Part shown: positions 28,701 through 40,284 of the stretch, one piece after another | How positions within the stretch are numbered: the stretch's first letter is position 1 | How the letters are laid out: every line of letters starts with the position of its first letter | DNA from: Oculina patagonica | Lineage: Eukaryota | DNA: 64,000 nt | Assembly (NCBI RefSeq): GCF_052425735.1 | Contig: NC_135761.1 | Span: 434,001 to 498,000, forward strand | Reading direction: 5' to 3' | The notes under the pieces: model-generated | What the model saw: the letters and a program-made list of their open reading frames with translations, nothing else | Told to the model about the DNA's origin: nothing | Database searches by the model: none | Translations under genes and position numbers: made by a program

Positions 28701-31700
28701 TCTCGTCCCCAAAAGGATAGGTAGGAAGACAAAATTAACTGGTCTCTTTTCGCGCGGCCGGATTTCAGTCACTTTGAGTTGTCACGCACCTTTCTTCCAA
28801 CAAAGAAACCTTGCGTGACAATGCTAATAACAGGAGCCGAGGAAGTGACTTCCTTATGACTTTTTAAGCGAGAGGAGAAAGAGAAAAACAAATCATCCAT
28901 TTTTTTCTCTTGCGTGTTCGCTCGTTTAGATCATCCGGGGCAGGAAAGAGTTCGTAGTTCATAAAGACAGGTTTAATTTAGATGGGGAAAACAGTTCTTT
29001 TGAGGTATCGATATATTTTAGAGTTATAAGCCCGCCTAGCCCTTATTTACTTTTTCGTACTTTTATGTCTTGTATCTATTTTTTGTGAACTTGAAAAAAG
29101 CCCACCCCCTCCTCTGCAATGAGTTACCATCAAAAAGGTCTTAAAAAGAAATAAACCCCTTAGGTTTATAAGTACTTATAACGATGCACTAAACCAGTCG
29201 AAGTTAAATTTTCCTGAACCTTTCCTCCAGTAGGAACAAACATTTTGTGGACTAAAGAGTAAAGCTAAATTTGTGACACCGAAAACACTAAAATTCATGA
29301 TTGCAAGAATGTTTTACGTTACCTCAAGTCATACAATTCTTGATTTTTGAACGCAGTCTGACCTGAAGGACAAGACGTCTGCAGTGATGTGCCTTGAAAA
29401 CAAGGTAAGGTCCGCAAGGCGTGCATACGTTTACTTCAATCATCTTTGTAAAAGGGATGCTTATGCGGGACAAGTTCTATCATAAACTGGATAATATAAC
29501 TGAAAGTGACGCTAATGATGTCATTAATATACCGTCAAACTCGTGTGGCAAGTGCAAAGAGAAAAGAAGCTTCGTTCTGTGTGGCAAGTTTGTGTCTGCA
29601 CTAAAGTGCTTCCTTGTTAGTGAACGAAACTTTGGAAACGATAATTTATGAGTTCAATAATTCGGTTTTCTTTCAGTAACACACTGTTCCACTATCACAA
29701 AATAACTTTGTAACGATTATTTTTTATATGTTTTTTTGTTGATTTTCTTCATGCTCATCAGCCAATTGAAAACCAGTTAATTCTGTAGGGGGCCAAAGCA
29801 ACAACAACAACAATTCCCATGAGGTGTTTTGGTTTTTTTTAGCTGAGAAGTTTGGAAAACCAACAGGAAATATGTCTAAAACTTTGTAAAAACGAAACTT
29901 AAAACTTGAGCTTGTGCCAACAGAACGAAACACTAAAACGTAACATTATTCATTTCCCTTGGTTTTTGTTTGACACCCTCATTATCTCATCATCTCAATG
30001 ACATGCTTCAAAGATTCGAAGAGCTCATGTTTTGGGAAATGGTTTTATTTACAGCTCAGAGAAATAGAAGAATCCAAGGCCGAGCTGGAGTCTCGGTACG
30101 AGAGTCGTATCCACCAGTTCCAGCATCTGAACGAATCACTCGACGCTACAGAGATGATAGAATCACATGAAGCAGAACTTGACAAATTGCGGTCTACTCA
30201 GGTAACAATAAAATTACAGTTGAACCCCTATTAAGCGGCCACCCTCGGGGAAATGGCAACTGGCCGCTTAATAGAGGTTGGCCGCTTAATAGGGGCTTGT
30301 CAGAAATTAGCATAATGTCTCTTTAAAAGGTTACATTATTTCAATACAAAATAAGGTGAAAAGGAATAACGGAATCACAGGAAGACGACAATAAACCTGT
30401 GTTTGAATTATTTTATCGGCCGTCACGGTCTGAGCTTGTTGGAAATTAATTTAAATATCGTTTATTACATTCTTATTGGCCGCTAAATAGAGGTAAAAAC
30501 AATAGAAGAACGCTCATCGGGACGGCAGAAAGGTGGCCGCGGCCGCTTAATAGGGGTGGCCGCTTAAAAGGGGTTATGTTTACAGTATTATACTGACAAT
30601 ATTTTCGGGACTTTAGTAACTGGCCGCTTAATAGGGGTTGGCCGCTTAATGGGTGGCCGCTTAATAGGGGTTCGACTGTAGAAACATCTATGTTTTTACC
30701 GATACAAAGGTAGACTGCGCATAGATTCCTTTTTCTCTCCAGCAGATCCTGAAAAAATAGCGTAAAACACTGACGGCAAAAAAGGCCGTCAGCTTCGTAA
30801 ATCTGCGATTGCAGCCTCCTGTGAGGTTCTGGTGACAAATTGTAGACTGCAGACTGATCCTTATGGCAGCAGCGACCAAAAATAATAATATCAAAAATAT
30901 TTTTAAACAAACATAAGGGCGGGTCCCATAATTTCATGACGACGTGAATTAGCAACATCATGAGTAGCGGGAAGAGAAACCTGGGTGCAGGCTGTGTTCA
31001 TTTATACAGTCATTCAAATAATACTTAGTCATTGAGGGTTTTTTTTTCAGTTTATACTACAAGCGAAACTGATCATAAACAATTGAGCGCCAAAATTAGA
31101 AAGAATATGTATTGGTCATTCTCGTCCTCAGAGCCACTTGTCCTTCTTGGCAGGCTGAGCCTGGGGCACGAGAAACAAGTAGCCCTGGGGACACGTGATT
31201 TGATTGGCAAGATTTTTAACAAAGAGAATTTAAATCTAGCCAATCAACTGTTTTAAAATCCCCTTCAACAAAGGGATTTTACTACGGCTGATTTGATTTG
31301 CTAAATTCAAATTTCCTTTGTTGAAGATCTAGCCAATCAAATCATGTGTCTCAAAAGCCACTTGTTCCTCGTGCACCAGGCTCAGCCGGCTAAGAGGGAG
31401 AAGCGGCTCAGTGGGGACGAGAATGATGTATTGGTGTGCTTGGTGATCTTCTTAAGCCTTTGATTGGCCAAAAAGATTTGATTGACAGTTGTTGACTATA
31501 GGTTACCATGAGTAAAGTGATTGACAACTTGGAGGCTCACCGTCAAGAGAAAAACGAAGAAATGGAGTTATTACGATGCCAGGTGGACGAGATGGATGAA
31601 CTGAGAAGAAATAATGACTTGATGGAAACTCACTGTAAAACACTCAATTATCAACTGGAGGCCGAACGTAACGAGGCCAGAGAAAGGTACGGTAAATAGA

Positions 31701-34638
31701 ATGAGACAGAATTGCATGCTTACATCGAAAACGTAAAAAAATATTACAGAGTATAAGTACACGCTTCCTAATGTTAGCTCTAGTCTACTCTTATAGTGTT
31801 AAGCAAGGGTCCACTACCTGGGTGCTACATCTTTCTTTATGAAAAGTGTTTTTGTGTTGGTAAAAATACGTTAAGAAACTAAAATCACTGATGGAAACAG
31901 TAAGTCGAACTTGTATGCTATATCAGAGTTTCAACAACCAGCGAAAAGTCAGGGATTTTAATTTATTCTTTGGTTTTGCCATAAAGTTTTATTTTGGCTC
32001 GCTTTTAAAGTGCTACTATGATCAAATTTCCACCCCTTGTTTTTCTTTTAGGAAATACAAATTAATCGATTGACTTTAGTGGTAAAGTTAGTTTCTGTGT
32101 AGCCATTGTTTCTGTGTTGGGTAAGCCTTTCGAAATAAGCTTCATTCAATCGCTGTAATGGTCAGTTAGTGTCAGAATGTTTCCTCGGGCTCGTGATGGT
32201 TGGAAAGTTAATAGCGGTGTCTCCCTCCCTTGTTATTTTTTTCAGGGAAGAGAAGTTCAAAACAGAAGCGGAGAGGATAAGGAAAGAATTAGAAAGTGCG
32301 GAAGAAGAAAAAAGAATTGCTACAGAAATGAAGGTCAGTTGATACTGCTTACAGCGGGAAGATTAGGTTAAGGTTAGAGATAACATTAGGAACTGTATCA
32401 CTCTTATTCTTTTAGCTTTAATAACGCTGAAACATCTGCCTCAGGCAGAATGTCTGAGTGGTCCTGCACTCTCGGTTGTTACGTTCAAAGTGCTGCTAAG
32501 CAATTCAAATTCACCCCGATGAGTTCATGCCTAAACCAATGTAACTGTATTCCAGAATACATGGTGCGTTTTTTTATTAGAAGAAACCACAACAAAAAAT
32601 CTCTTCGAATGCTTCTGTGAGGATATTCATGAGTACCGAAAAAGGCACTATTGTCAGAGTTACAAGTTATGCCTACCACTGTTCAATTCCTTTTAACAAG
32701 CTAACTGGCCCACTGTTTCGTCAACAGGCCCATTTTTTGTTGGAGAAACAAGCCGTCGAGACAGAGTAAGTAGTAAATAACCTAACTGCTGAAAGTTTTT
32801 TATCCCTGTCACTGTAGGTTCACAGCAGTTAGGTTTTATTTTTCACTCTAACAGTGCTTTAAATCCGCTCCCAATCTTGTGTCTAGCGGTCGCCTCCCAT
32901 TAGCCTTCAAGCAGGATCGCGTTTGAATTAAGCGGTTAAACCGCGACTCGTTCACTCGCCACTCGTACATATATTCCCAAACTTGAGCCTGGATTCATAC
33001 CTGCAGCTTAGGGCGGTAGAGAGCGGCTAAAGGTGGCCGTATTTGAAGGTGGCTGCTAAGGTATGTCCGGTTGCCTGACTTTCTTTGATGTGTTTGTCAA
33101 GAGTTAATCATCTTCTTTGCTTGTAACAGGCTGGCTGCAGCTAAGCTGAATATGGAGACAGCCATAGAAGACGCTGAATACATGGCAGAAGAACTTGAAA
33201 GGTAACATCTCTATAATATAATGGCTTATTACGCTTTCGCTTTGTTCAACTGAAAGCAGGAAAAAGTGCATGCTGGATTGGAAAAACAAACACTATCAAC
33301 AAGACCATACCAAGTCTAATGTTGTGACGGTTTCGTTTGGTTGATAGATAGTGTTGTGTGACGGTTCGTGAGGTTGATAGTATTGTGTGACGTTTCGTTT
33401 CAGGACAAGACAAATGGAAAAGCAAGGATTTGAAGAAAAAGAAGAATTGAAATCTAAACTTGAATCCACTTTGGAGGAGAAATTTAAATTGGAGAAGGTA
33501 ACCGTAAAGAAATATTTTTGAAGGACTTTTCCGGAACCCATAATTTTTCAACCTGACATGTTTTCATTCTTCCAGGCAATTTGTGTGTTATTCAGGGACG
33601 CTGCTCGAATAGTTCATTCTTGAACAACATTGACGTTTCTATTTGTTACAATTAAACTTGTGTGTGAAATTCCTCTGTCTTACTTCACCTACCTGCCACG
33701 TTTTCGATTATATTTTCAAACTTCTAAAACATGTTTTTTTCTTTTTGTCTTCCTGTACCTTGGTTGTTAGTAGAACGACAATTTTACACTCGCCGCTTCG
33801 ACAGGCTCACTTTGGTTGCTGGCCACATTCCTCGCGGCAAAAAAATTGTTTCATTCAGGGTGTTCTCCGCCTTCAGAGAGCAAATTGGAATAACCTTTAA
33901 GGACCTGCTTAATAACCTGCTTTTAGGAGGATTCTCCCATATAGCCCGCCCAAACTGTACAGTCTAAATACCCCACTCGCATGGAGCAGAAGTCCTTTTA
34001 AGTCATGTTATAAGTGTAGAAATAAGGCTTCGGATTCCCATGTGTGGTCCATCACGTGAGTTTGTTTTTTGACTCGTTCATGTGTTTATTCGCAGGCCAT
34101 GCAAAAAACCGAAGAGGAGATTGCTCGATTGAAAGGTCACCAGAACTTTCAGCAGAAACTACAACATCTGTTGGCGATAAAAAAGGAAAATAACGCCCTG
34201 AAAGAAGTAAGAACTTTAATTCACTCGTTAACTTTAATCAATTCGATAACTCCAACCTGCAATCGAAAGAGGTTCGCGTTATTAAGGGAGGGGAGTGGGG
34301 GGGGGGGGGGTGAGTTAGGATGAAATTAGTAAGAAAATCACCTGTAGGAGAATCTAGAAATGTTTGGGTTGGCGGGAAGATCAAAAGTTATCGAGAAAAA
34401 GCTTTAATTCTCAATGATAACAGTTTGTCTCTGTTTTGTAATTCAGCAAGTCAGAGGACTCAACAAGGAAATGCAGAAATGCATCTGCAAAGCAAAGAAA
34501 GCGCCGCTGGCCAACAAAAACGGAGGCGCCGAGAGTAAGAAAGAAGGAAGACCAAAGGGCGGCTCTGATGAGGGAAGTACTGGGGCTGACTTAAGAAACA
34601 CAGAGAAAGAAAATGTGTTAACTACCGCCACTTTATAG
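4759..34638 (+). CDS. KIF15: Kinesin-like protein KIF15 (kinesin-12), about 44 exons
   Basis: GT-AG exons splice in frame: 4759-4789, 4910-4934, 10887-11067 (IRVYVRVRP), 11180-11256, 11538-11575 (P-loop GQTGSGKT), 11694-11797, 13982-14161 ([14 protein letters not shown]), 14592-14693 (NRESSRSH), 14882-14989 (DLAGSE), 15128-15253 ([11 protein letters not shown]), 15810-15868, 15977-16040, 16158-16245. About 30 coiled-coil exons follow, including [10 protein letters not shown] and [14 protein letters not shown]. Exon 34096-34206 encodes the KIF15/HMMR-type zipper [19 protein letters not shown]. The last exon is 34447-34638, ending in TAG. Confidence 0.95.
6936..7087. mobile_element. Palindromic MITE-like repeat
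   Basis: ttagcgtgcactatcaagttatgg...ccataactcgatagtgcacagctaa folds back on itself along most of its length. Confidence 0.6.
12091..12483 (+). mobile_element. Helentron-associated (HINE/DINE-1-like) non-autonomous element
   Basis: GC-rich insert bounded by subterminal inverted repeats tgtgttttgctgc / gcagcaaaacaca. The 3' copy is followed by a short hairpin (ggacccattggggccc). It sits in a T-rich site. Confidence 0.45.
12887..13275. repeat. 21-bp minisatellite (ACTCGTACTTGGAATTGTTTC)n
   Basis: About 9-10 near-perfect units, a degenerate middle (about 13094-13190), then about 4 more units. Explains the repetitive ORFs in the track. Confidence 0.95.
19513..19750. mobile_element. PIF/Harbinger-type MITE
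   Basis: TIR ggccccgtccacactgacccgggtaaatttgaaaacg with its complement at the other end; TTA on both flanks. Confidence 0.85.
19840..20038 (-). mobile_element. SINE fragment (conserved central domain)
   Basis: Reverse strand reads gtgttgtgttcttgggcaagacactttactctca...ccacccaggtgtataaatgggtaccggcgaa. A related copy lies at about 49520-49676 on +. Confidence 0.65.
25654..25914. mobile_element. Tc1/mariner-type MITE
   Basis: TIR cgtattttctcgattaaacgcc / ggcgtttaatcgagaaaatacg with TA flanks. Confidence 0.8.
30217..30678. mobile_element. Tc1/mariner (pogo-like) MITE
   Basis: TIR cagttgaacccctattaagcggcca / tggccgcttaataggggttcgactg, TA target duplication, and internal tggccgcttaatag repeats. 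Confidence 0.85.
31117..31426. mobile_element. Palindromic MITE
   Basis: tcattctcgtcctcagagcc...ggctcagtggggacgagaatga forms a long imperfect inverted repeat. Confidence 0.7.
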
Positions 34639-37600
34639 CCTTAATGCAACTACTCCACAAAATGAACTTTTTAACACCGGCAAATGTCGAATGAAGAGAC
34701 GTACTTTGAGAAAGAAATGCTTTTTAACTTGTTTATCTAATACCAATAATAAGAGTTTGGAAGTCGCAGACTATTTAGAGAACATAATTCTGGACAAAAA
34801 TGCCAAAGTTCTCAATGCCAGTCTTAACTATTTCCCAGGGTATTTTCTCTCTCCATTTCTTCTCGCCTTACAGGAGAAGAGTGAAGGAAGACCCTGGGTA
34901 CGAGGTTGAAGTAAGTCGCGATTTCCAATGACAAAAGGCTATCGCCCAAGATGTATAAGCTTTTTTATACTGACATAGCTGTTAAAATACCTCCGTATTA
35001 GATACAGTTCTGAAACTTGGAAAAGGTAATATTCAGTTAAGTAGGGCCATTAGTTTTTTTATCAAACTAACAGGTCGCGTTATTGTGTCTTGAGTAAGTA
35101 AATATTTTAAGGTTTTAAACGAAAACTGGCTGGAGTATCAAAGGCTTCGACTGCCAAAGATTAACTTCTTTTGTAGAGACCATCATTTTGATTAATTATT
35201 GTGCTCATTATGAAAATTCGCGCAAATGTGTGGTGTGTGAGCGAATCACGTGAAGAAGCTGGCCTGTAGCTCTCCCCAGTCTTTTGTGTTATCACGCTCA
35301 AATCCTACGGAAAGAGCACTGTAACTTAAAATAAATATAAATTTTTAGAAGAGTTTTCGTTAGTAAGCTGTGCTTACAATTGCCTTGTAAGACAAATAGA
35401 GTGAGAAAGTAAGCTTTACTTGAGTTACTAAAATAAATCAGTAAGCACTGATGCTTGAGTGTTCACTCGAAGTTGAGTTCAAATTTATTTCGATTATTTC
35501 ACGTTTTCTGGAGTGACGTTTCTCAATCGACGTGGAAGGGGGAGGGAGCAGAGTTGAACAGTGAACTCGTATCTCCGGCGTTATCAGCAATTTTCTAAAC
35601 ATAATGACTTTGTAGAGACGCCCAAAAGTTGTAGAAGGAAGCAACACAACAAAGGTTTCGTTGAAATTGCCTTTTTATTTTCCCCCGTTACTTAATTTTT
35701 GTTTGACAGCAATATTCTTAAAAAACCTTACTTATAGTTCACTGATCGTGTTATCTTGAAAGAAAAACAGCTACTAATGCGCCTTAAAACTTTTCTGGTC
35801 TGATCTTCATTTCCGCTCTCTTAACTGAGTAGTAATATCCTTTCCAGTGCTTCCAATGAACACCGTCAGCGTTTCCGGAATGTTGCCCATGATGATACAG
35901 ACCGTTCAGGTTGGCATGACGACAGCTGTTATACCACCAGCCCCCTTTAGCTTCCAAAGCACAGTTGCCGCTGCTCCTGTCATTGTCCTGATCTTTGGTT
36001 GTAAAGGCGAAACCGCGATGATAGGCCAGAGAATCACCCGCAGTTCCTGAAACAGAATAAATAGCTACCTGTAAAACTGTAAACCCTCATGTAATGAAAC
36101 AAGCACTTTATCCATTAAAAAGCAAGGAAAAAAATCAAACAGTGCCCCCACGCCCATCGAAAAAAATATTGAATTCAAGCCCCCTCTAGCCATATTCCTG
36201 CCTTTCCTACTGTTGCGAAAGAAATACTTCTTTTTCTTTCAAAGTTCTGACTGTAGGTATGTAATCGCGTTTCACCAAAGCGCACTTTCTATGTTAAAAC
36301 TATACTGTGGCGAACGAAGATAATTGACCTCACTCCTTGGCACAGGGAACCCGAGCGCAATATATAATATTACAGAAAATACTCACCAGAGTAAGCTCCA
36401 AGACTCAGCTGGTACTTAGTCCTCTCACTTGTAACAGCAAAGTAATCGTACTCAGCGTAAGCTGTCTTTCTAGTTGTGTCTTCAAGATCAACACGAAGCT
36501 TGTATCGCTCGCTGTTGGTCAGACGGTTTATCTTGTCCAGTCCCAGCCAAAACTCGCCATTCAGGTTACCGAAGCCATTCTTATAGTCGGTCCAGCCGCG
36601 GTAGAAATTAACGGAGCCGTCCAGTCTCTTCTGGAACACTGTCCACCCCCCCACCGGCTGTTGTCTGGTCACAGAACACATCAAAGGCACCTAAACCATC
36701 AGGGTCGATCGTATAAACACCGCTGATTCTTTTACCAGATTTGTACAGCTCGGCACAGTTCTTAGAAACTGTAAAAAAATAAAAGAAACATGCATACCCT
36801 AAAAATTGAAAAACGAAAAAAACAAACGAATACCGTAGGACAATTAATTAGGGATCACGAGAGAAGAAAAACTTGTCTGTCAATCATTCTGTCAATCAAT
36901 CAATCAAACAAACAATCAATCAAACACAAAGCGCTCTGATGGGTTGTTCTATTTCAGTCTGTCTTCGTGGCTGCGCTGCCTTGAGGTCAAAGTATTTTTT
37001 TTCTTCCGGAAAAAGAATTTTCGGTGATCAGCAGTTTCCATTGTGTCAGAACGGAAATTCTAAAAAAAAAATATTCTCACCTTTAACTGTAAGGTTGTTC
37101 CCTTTTATTTCTTCCACAGCCTTCTGAAGCTCAGCGAGTTGCTTTTTCATTTCCAACAGCAAGGTTTTAATCTCTTTGTTGGGTCCGGCGCTAAAACTGT
37201 TGTAATTGTACACATTGTGACAATTACTTGCAGTACTGACCGGTGCTGGAGTCCCCTTGGTGTTGTTCGCGTCGACAGCTGGGCTCAGAGCAGTCAACAC
37301 CAACAACGAAATACAACTTGAGATGAGAGAGAAAAACATCATGAGCGTTTTGAACAGTGTCTTGTCAGCAACTTGGCTTAAACACAGTGTTCCGATCTTG
37401 TTCAAGCTGTAACTTTATGTGGTATTTTTGTTGACATGATTCATTTTCAAGATTATTCACGTTGTTAAAGGAGACACGTCACCAAAAGCGCATCCAATTT
37501 TTTTCAAGTTTGTCGTTCTTAATCCGTCGTTAGTTTTCTAAGCTAGAAAATACTAAAATACATTTGCAAAACCTAACAACGCAAAAAAAAATTAGTTTTA

Positions 37601-39175
37601 CTCGATCTTTACCGAAAATAGGCGCACAATCACGGTATCATTCTTGTTTGAAAACTAGCGACAAACAAACAAATAAGTTCAGTTCTAAGATGCTTTAATT
37701 GATTTCTTAATCTTTTTCCCGGTACTTTGTATATCGAATACATTACCCACTGGCTGGATTTTCTAAGGATTATTTCGAAAATATTTCTTTTGACGGCTAG
37801 CAATGCAATTTCCGCGCTCTCTTGAAGGCGACGTTAATATTTCTCACGGCTTCGTCCCGCTTTTAACTCGGTCTAAGACGGTGGAAGGCCGTCTCGAGTG
37901 CACTACGCTATTTCAGTACTGATCTTTAAAAAAGTTAAACAAAGCAAATATATGGGGAGTGAAAATCCGTAAATGTGACCGGTTCTTATGTTGTTTTCGA
38001 TTCGCTAAAAAAAACATAAGCGCGCGTGTTGCCTCGCAAAGTTTTCGCTCAGGTATCGCTGATTGAGTCGAGGTATTTTTTTTAAAAAATTGCAGTTTCA
38101 GTACATCGTAATTTTGTCTCCGGCACGAATGTAGTGAATTTGGTGACCATGTTTAGGATAAACATTTCGAAAAAGGAAACGTTAATAAAGAAAAAAAATT
38201 TCGAGCTCTTGTGTGCACAATCGTTAGTGTAAACTTACTTAAAGGATTTATCGTCATTTTGAATTGTTTCTGAGACAAAGTCTGGTAACCTTTTCCTGCC
38301 GATAATGGTCATGCCGCTTTTCTCTTGCTTACTTGTTTATCGGCTTCAGTATAACTTGAGTTTGCAAGATTTTCTTTGGAGTTGTCGAACGGGCTATATT
38401 TGACAATTTGCATGATGGTTTATCACTGCTCAGTTGAGGAAGAAACTGTCTTATCAGTGACCGAGCGAGATGGTAAAAGGCAACAAGAACAGAAAGTAAG
38501 AATGCATGGCGTGTTCGCAAGGTGTTCCACCGGCTTCGTTCATTTGCCTCGTTGCTAAATGTTAAGAATGACTCAGCTTTTCAACTCCGCTATGTCAACA
38601 TTTTTCTACAAACCATTCTTTCATTCCATACGTGCGGGTCTCACTTCTAGAACTAATTACTGTAAACTAACCAAGGCAAAAAACTGTACAGGAATTCAGA
38701 TAAAAACGTCACGTACTTATCTTTATAAAGGGTGAAATTCAACAATTTTTCTGTTTCAGCGTACAGCCGATCGCATCGATCGAGTGCTGTTTGCGGCTGT
38801 AGTCGATCCATTTACAACTCAATGGTTCTTCTGTACCGAAACAGATTTTTTACGGATTCTTATTTTTCCGCAGAAGAATTAAGTCTCTCTAATTTCGAAA
38901 TTCTGCTATCCACCCGATTATTTTTAGGAGTAGCCCTTTGCATTACTTTAACTTAGAGTTTGTAAAAATGAACCTTCTTATACTAGCTTACTCGCTACTT
39001 TTTCGCGTCTTCAATGTTTACATTATTTGTCTACATTTTAATCATTAGTTTCAATCATGTCGTATGAATTACAATAAACTATATTTTAAAATGTTTTAAG
39101 CGTTCAAGACCCAGTGTAATACATAAAGTATTAGTAAAGAACAATCGGTGGGTGCTTTCCGGATTTGATCAATGG
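34530..39175. repeat. Tandem segmental duplication, unit A (KIF15 3' end + FReD gene + upstream region)
   Basis: Co-linear similarity with 40285-45449, from gagagtaagaaaga..gaagaccaaagg to cggat(t/c)tgatcaatgg. Confidence 0.9.
35784..37342 (-). pseudogene. Fibrinogen-related domain lectin (ficolin/ryncolin/MFAP4-like), copy 1, frameshifted as assembled
   Basis: Exons 37342-37081 (signal peptide [25 protein letters not shown] plus a short coiled coil), 36768-36387 ([19 protein letters not shown]) and 36046-35784 (GGWWYNSC..NLNG, EMKIRP). Exon 2 is 382 nt: the run at 36646-36652 is C7, against C6 in the paralog. Confidence 0.85.
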
Positions 39176-39833
39176 GTTAAAAAAAGTTCTCGTCACTCGT
39201 TCTCGTCTGTGTTTCGCTATATGTAAATATTTAGCAAAACTATTGAAGCTTGAAAACGTAAACCCCCATCTTTAATTTGTTTTGACTGAAAGAATTGACA
39301 TACTTTAATTTATTTATATGTCATTGTTTTAAGGCCATGTTCCCTAACTTCGTTTGGAGACCCTTGAATAACTGGCTTAAAAATTACTGAAAATTTATAG
39401 GCAAATGATATTTGTCGAGCCGTTCCGCTTTATTCCGTCCATGCATTATATATCACTTGTCAGTAAACAAAGAAATAAATGGAAAAGTTTTAATCTGCGA
39501 AGAAAGTACACAGTCTACACAATGGCCTAAAGAAGAACAATAGAATGATTTTATCTTATCCGTGAAACAGGTTCTAGAGTATATACCCGATAACATGGCG
39601 AATTTCAGCCCGTTTCAGCCTGTATAGCTGAGCTGCGATTTCAGCCAGGGCTCCGAAACAAACCCTCCTAAAAGCGGAGCTCGCAAATTACTTATTCTTT
39701 ACTGGAGTTTTACAATATAAATGTTTTCATTTTAGTGAATAAGCGGTAAATATATAGATAAACTTAAATCACTCAAAATTTAACCGAATATCTTCGGCAT
39801 AACAAAATGTGCTCAAGTCATCATCTCAATAAG

Positions 39834-40140
39834 AAGCTTAAGCAGTGACGACGGCGACGACCAGGACAACGCTTTGTGGAAAATGAATTTTTATTTTACT
39901 CGAGAATGTCGCGATTATCCCGGCGGATGTATTCATGCAGTAATACTGTATCTATTTGTTTAGAAACTAGCTCCAGCTGAATATGTAAAGACAGCGTTCA
40001 AGCCCAAAGAGGAAGTAAAGACGAAAATTTAGCCGTCGTCGTTCACATTCTCCAAAATACGCAGAATTTCATAATTTCACGTTGTTGTGTCGCAGAAAAA
40101 CGGCCAAGAAATGTACCAAGATTTAAAACACACATGCAGA
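39834..40140. repeat. Interspersed repeat (probable non-autonomous DNA transposon remnant) near the duplication junction
   Basis: Begins aagcttaagcagtgacgacggcgacgacc and has an internal complement gccgtcgtcgtt. It lies between the two duplication units. Confidence 0.4.
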
Positions 40141-40284
40141 GTTATCGAAGGTAAATGAGTAAGAAAATGACCTGAAGGGGCATCAAGAAAGGTTCGGGTT
40201 AGCGGAGGTTCGGAAGTCATCGGGTTTCTAATGGTACATTTATTGTGCTTGAACAAGCTTTAAATCTTGATGATGGCAAGTTCC

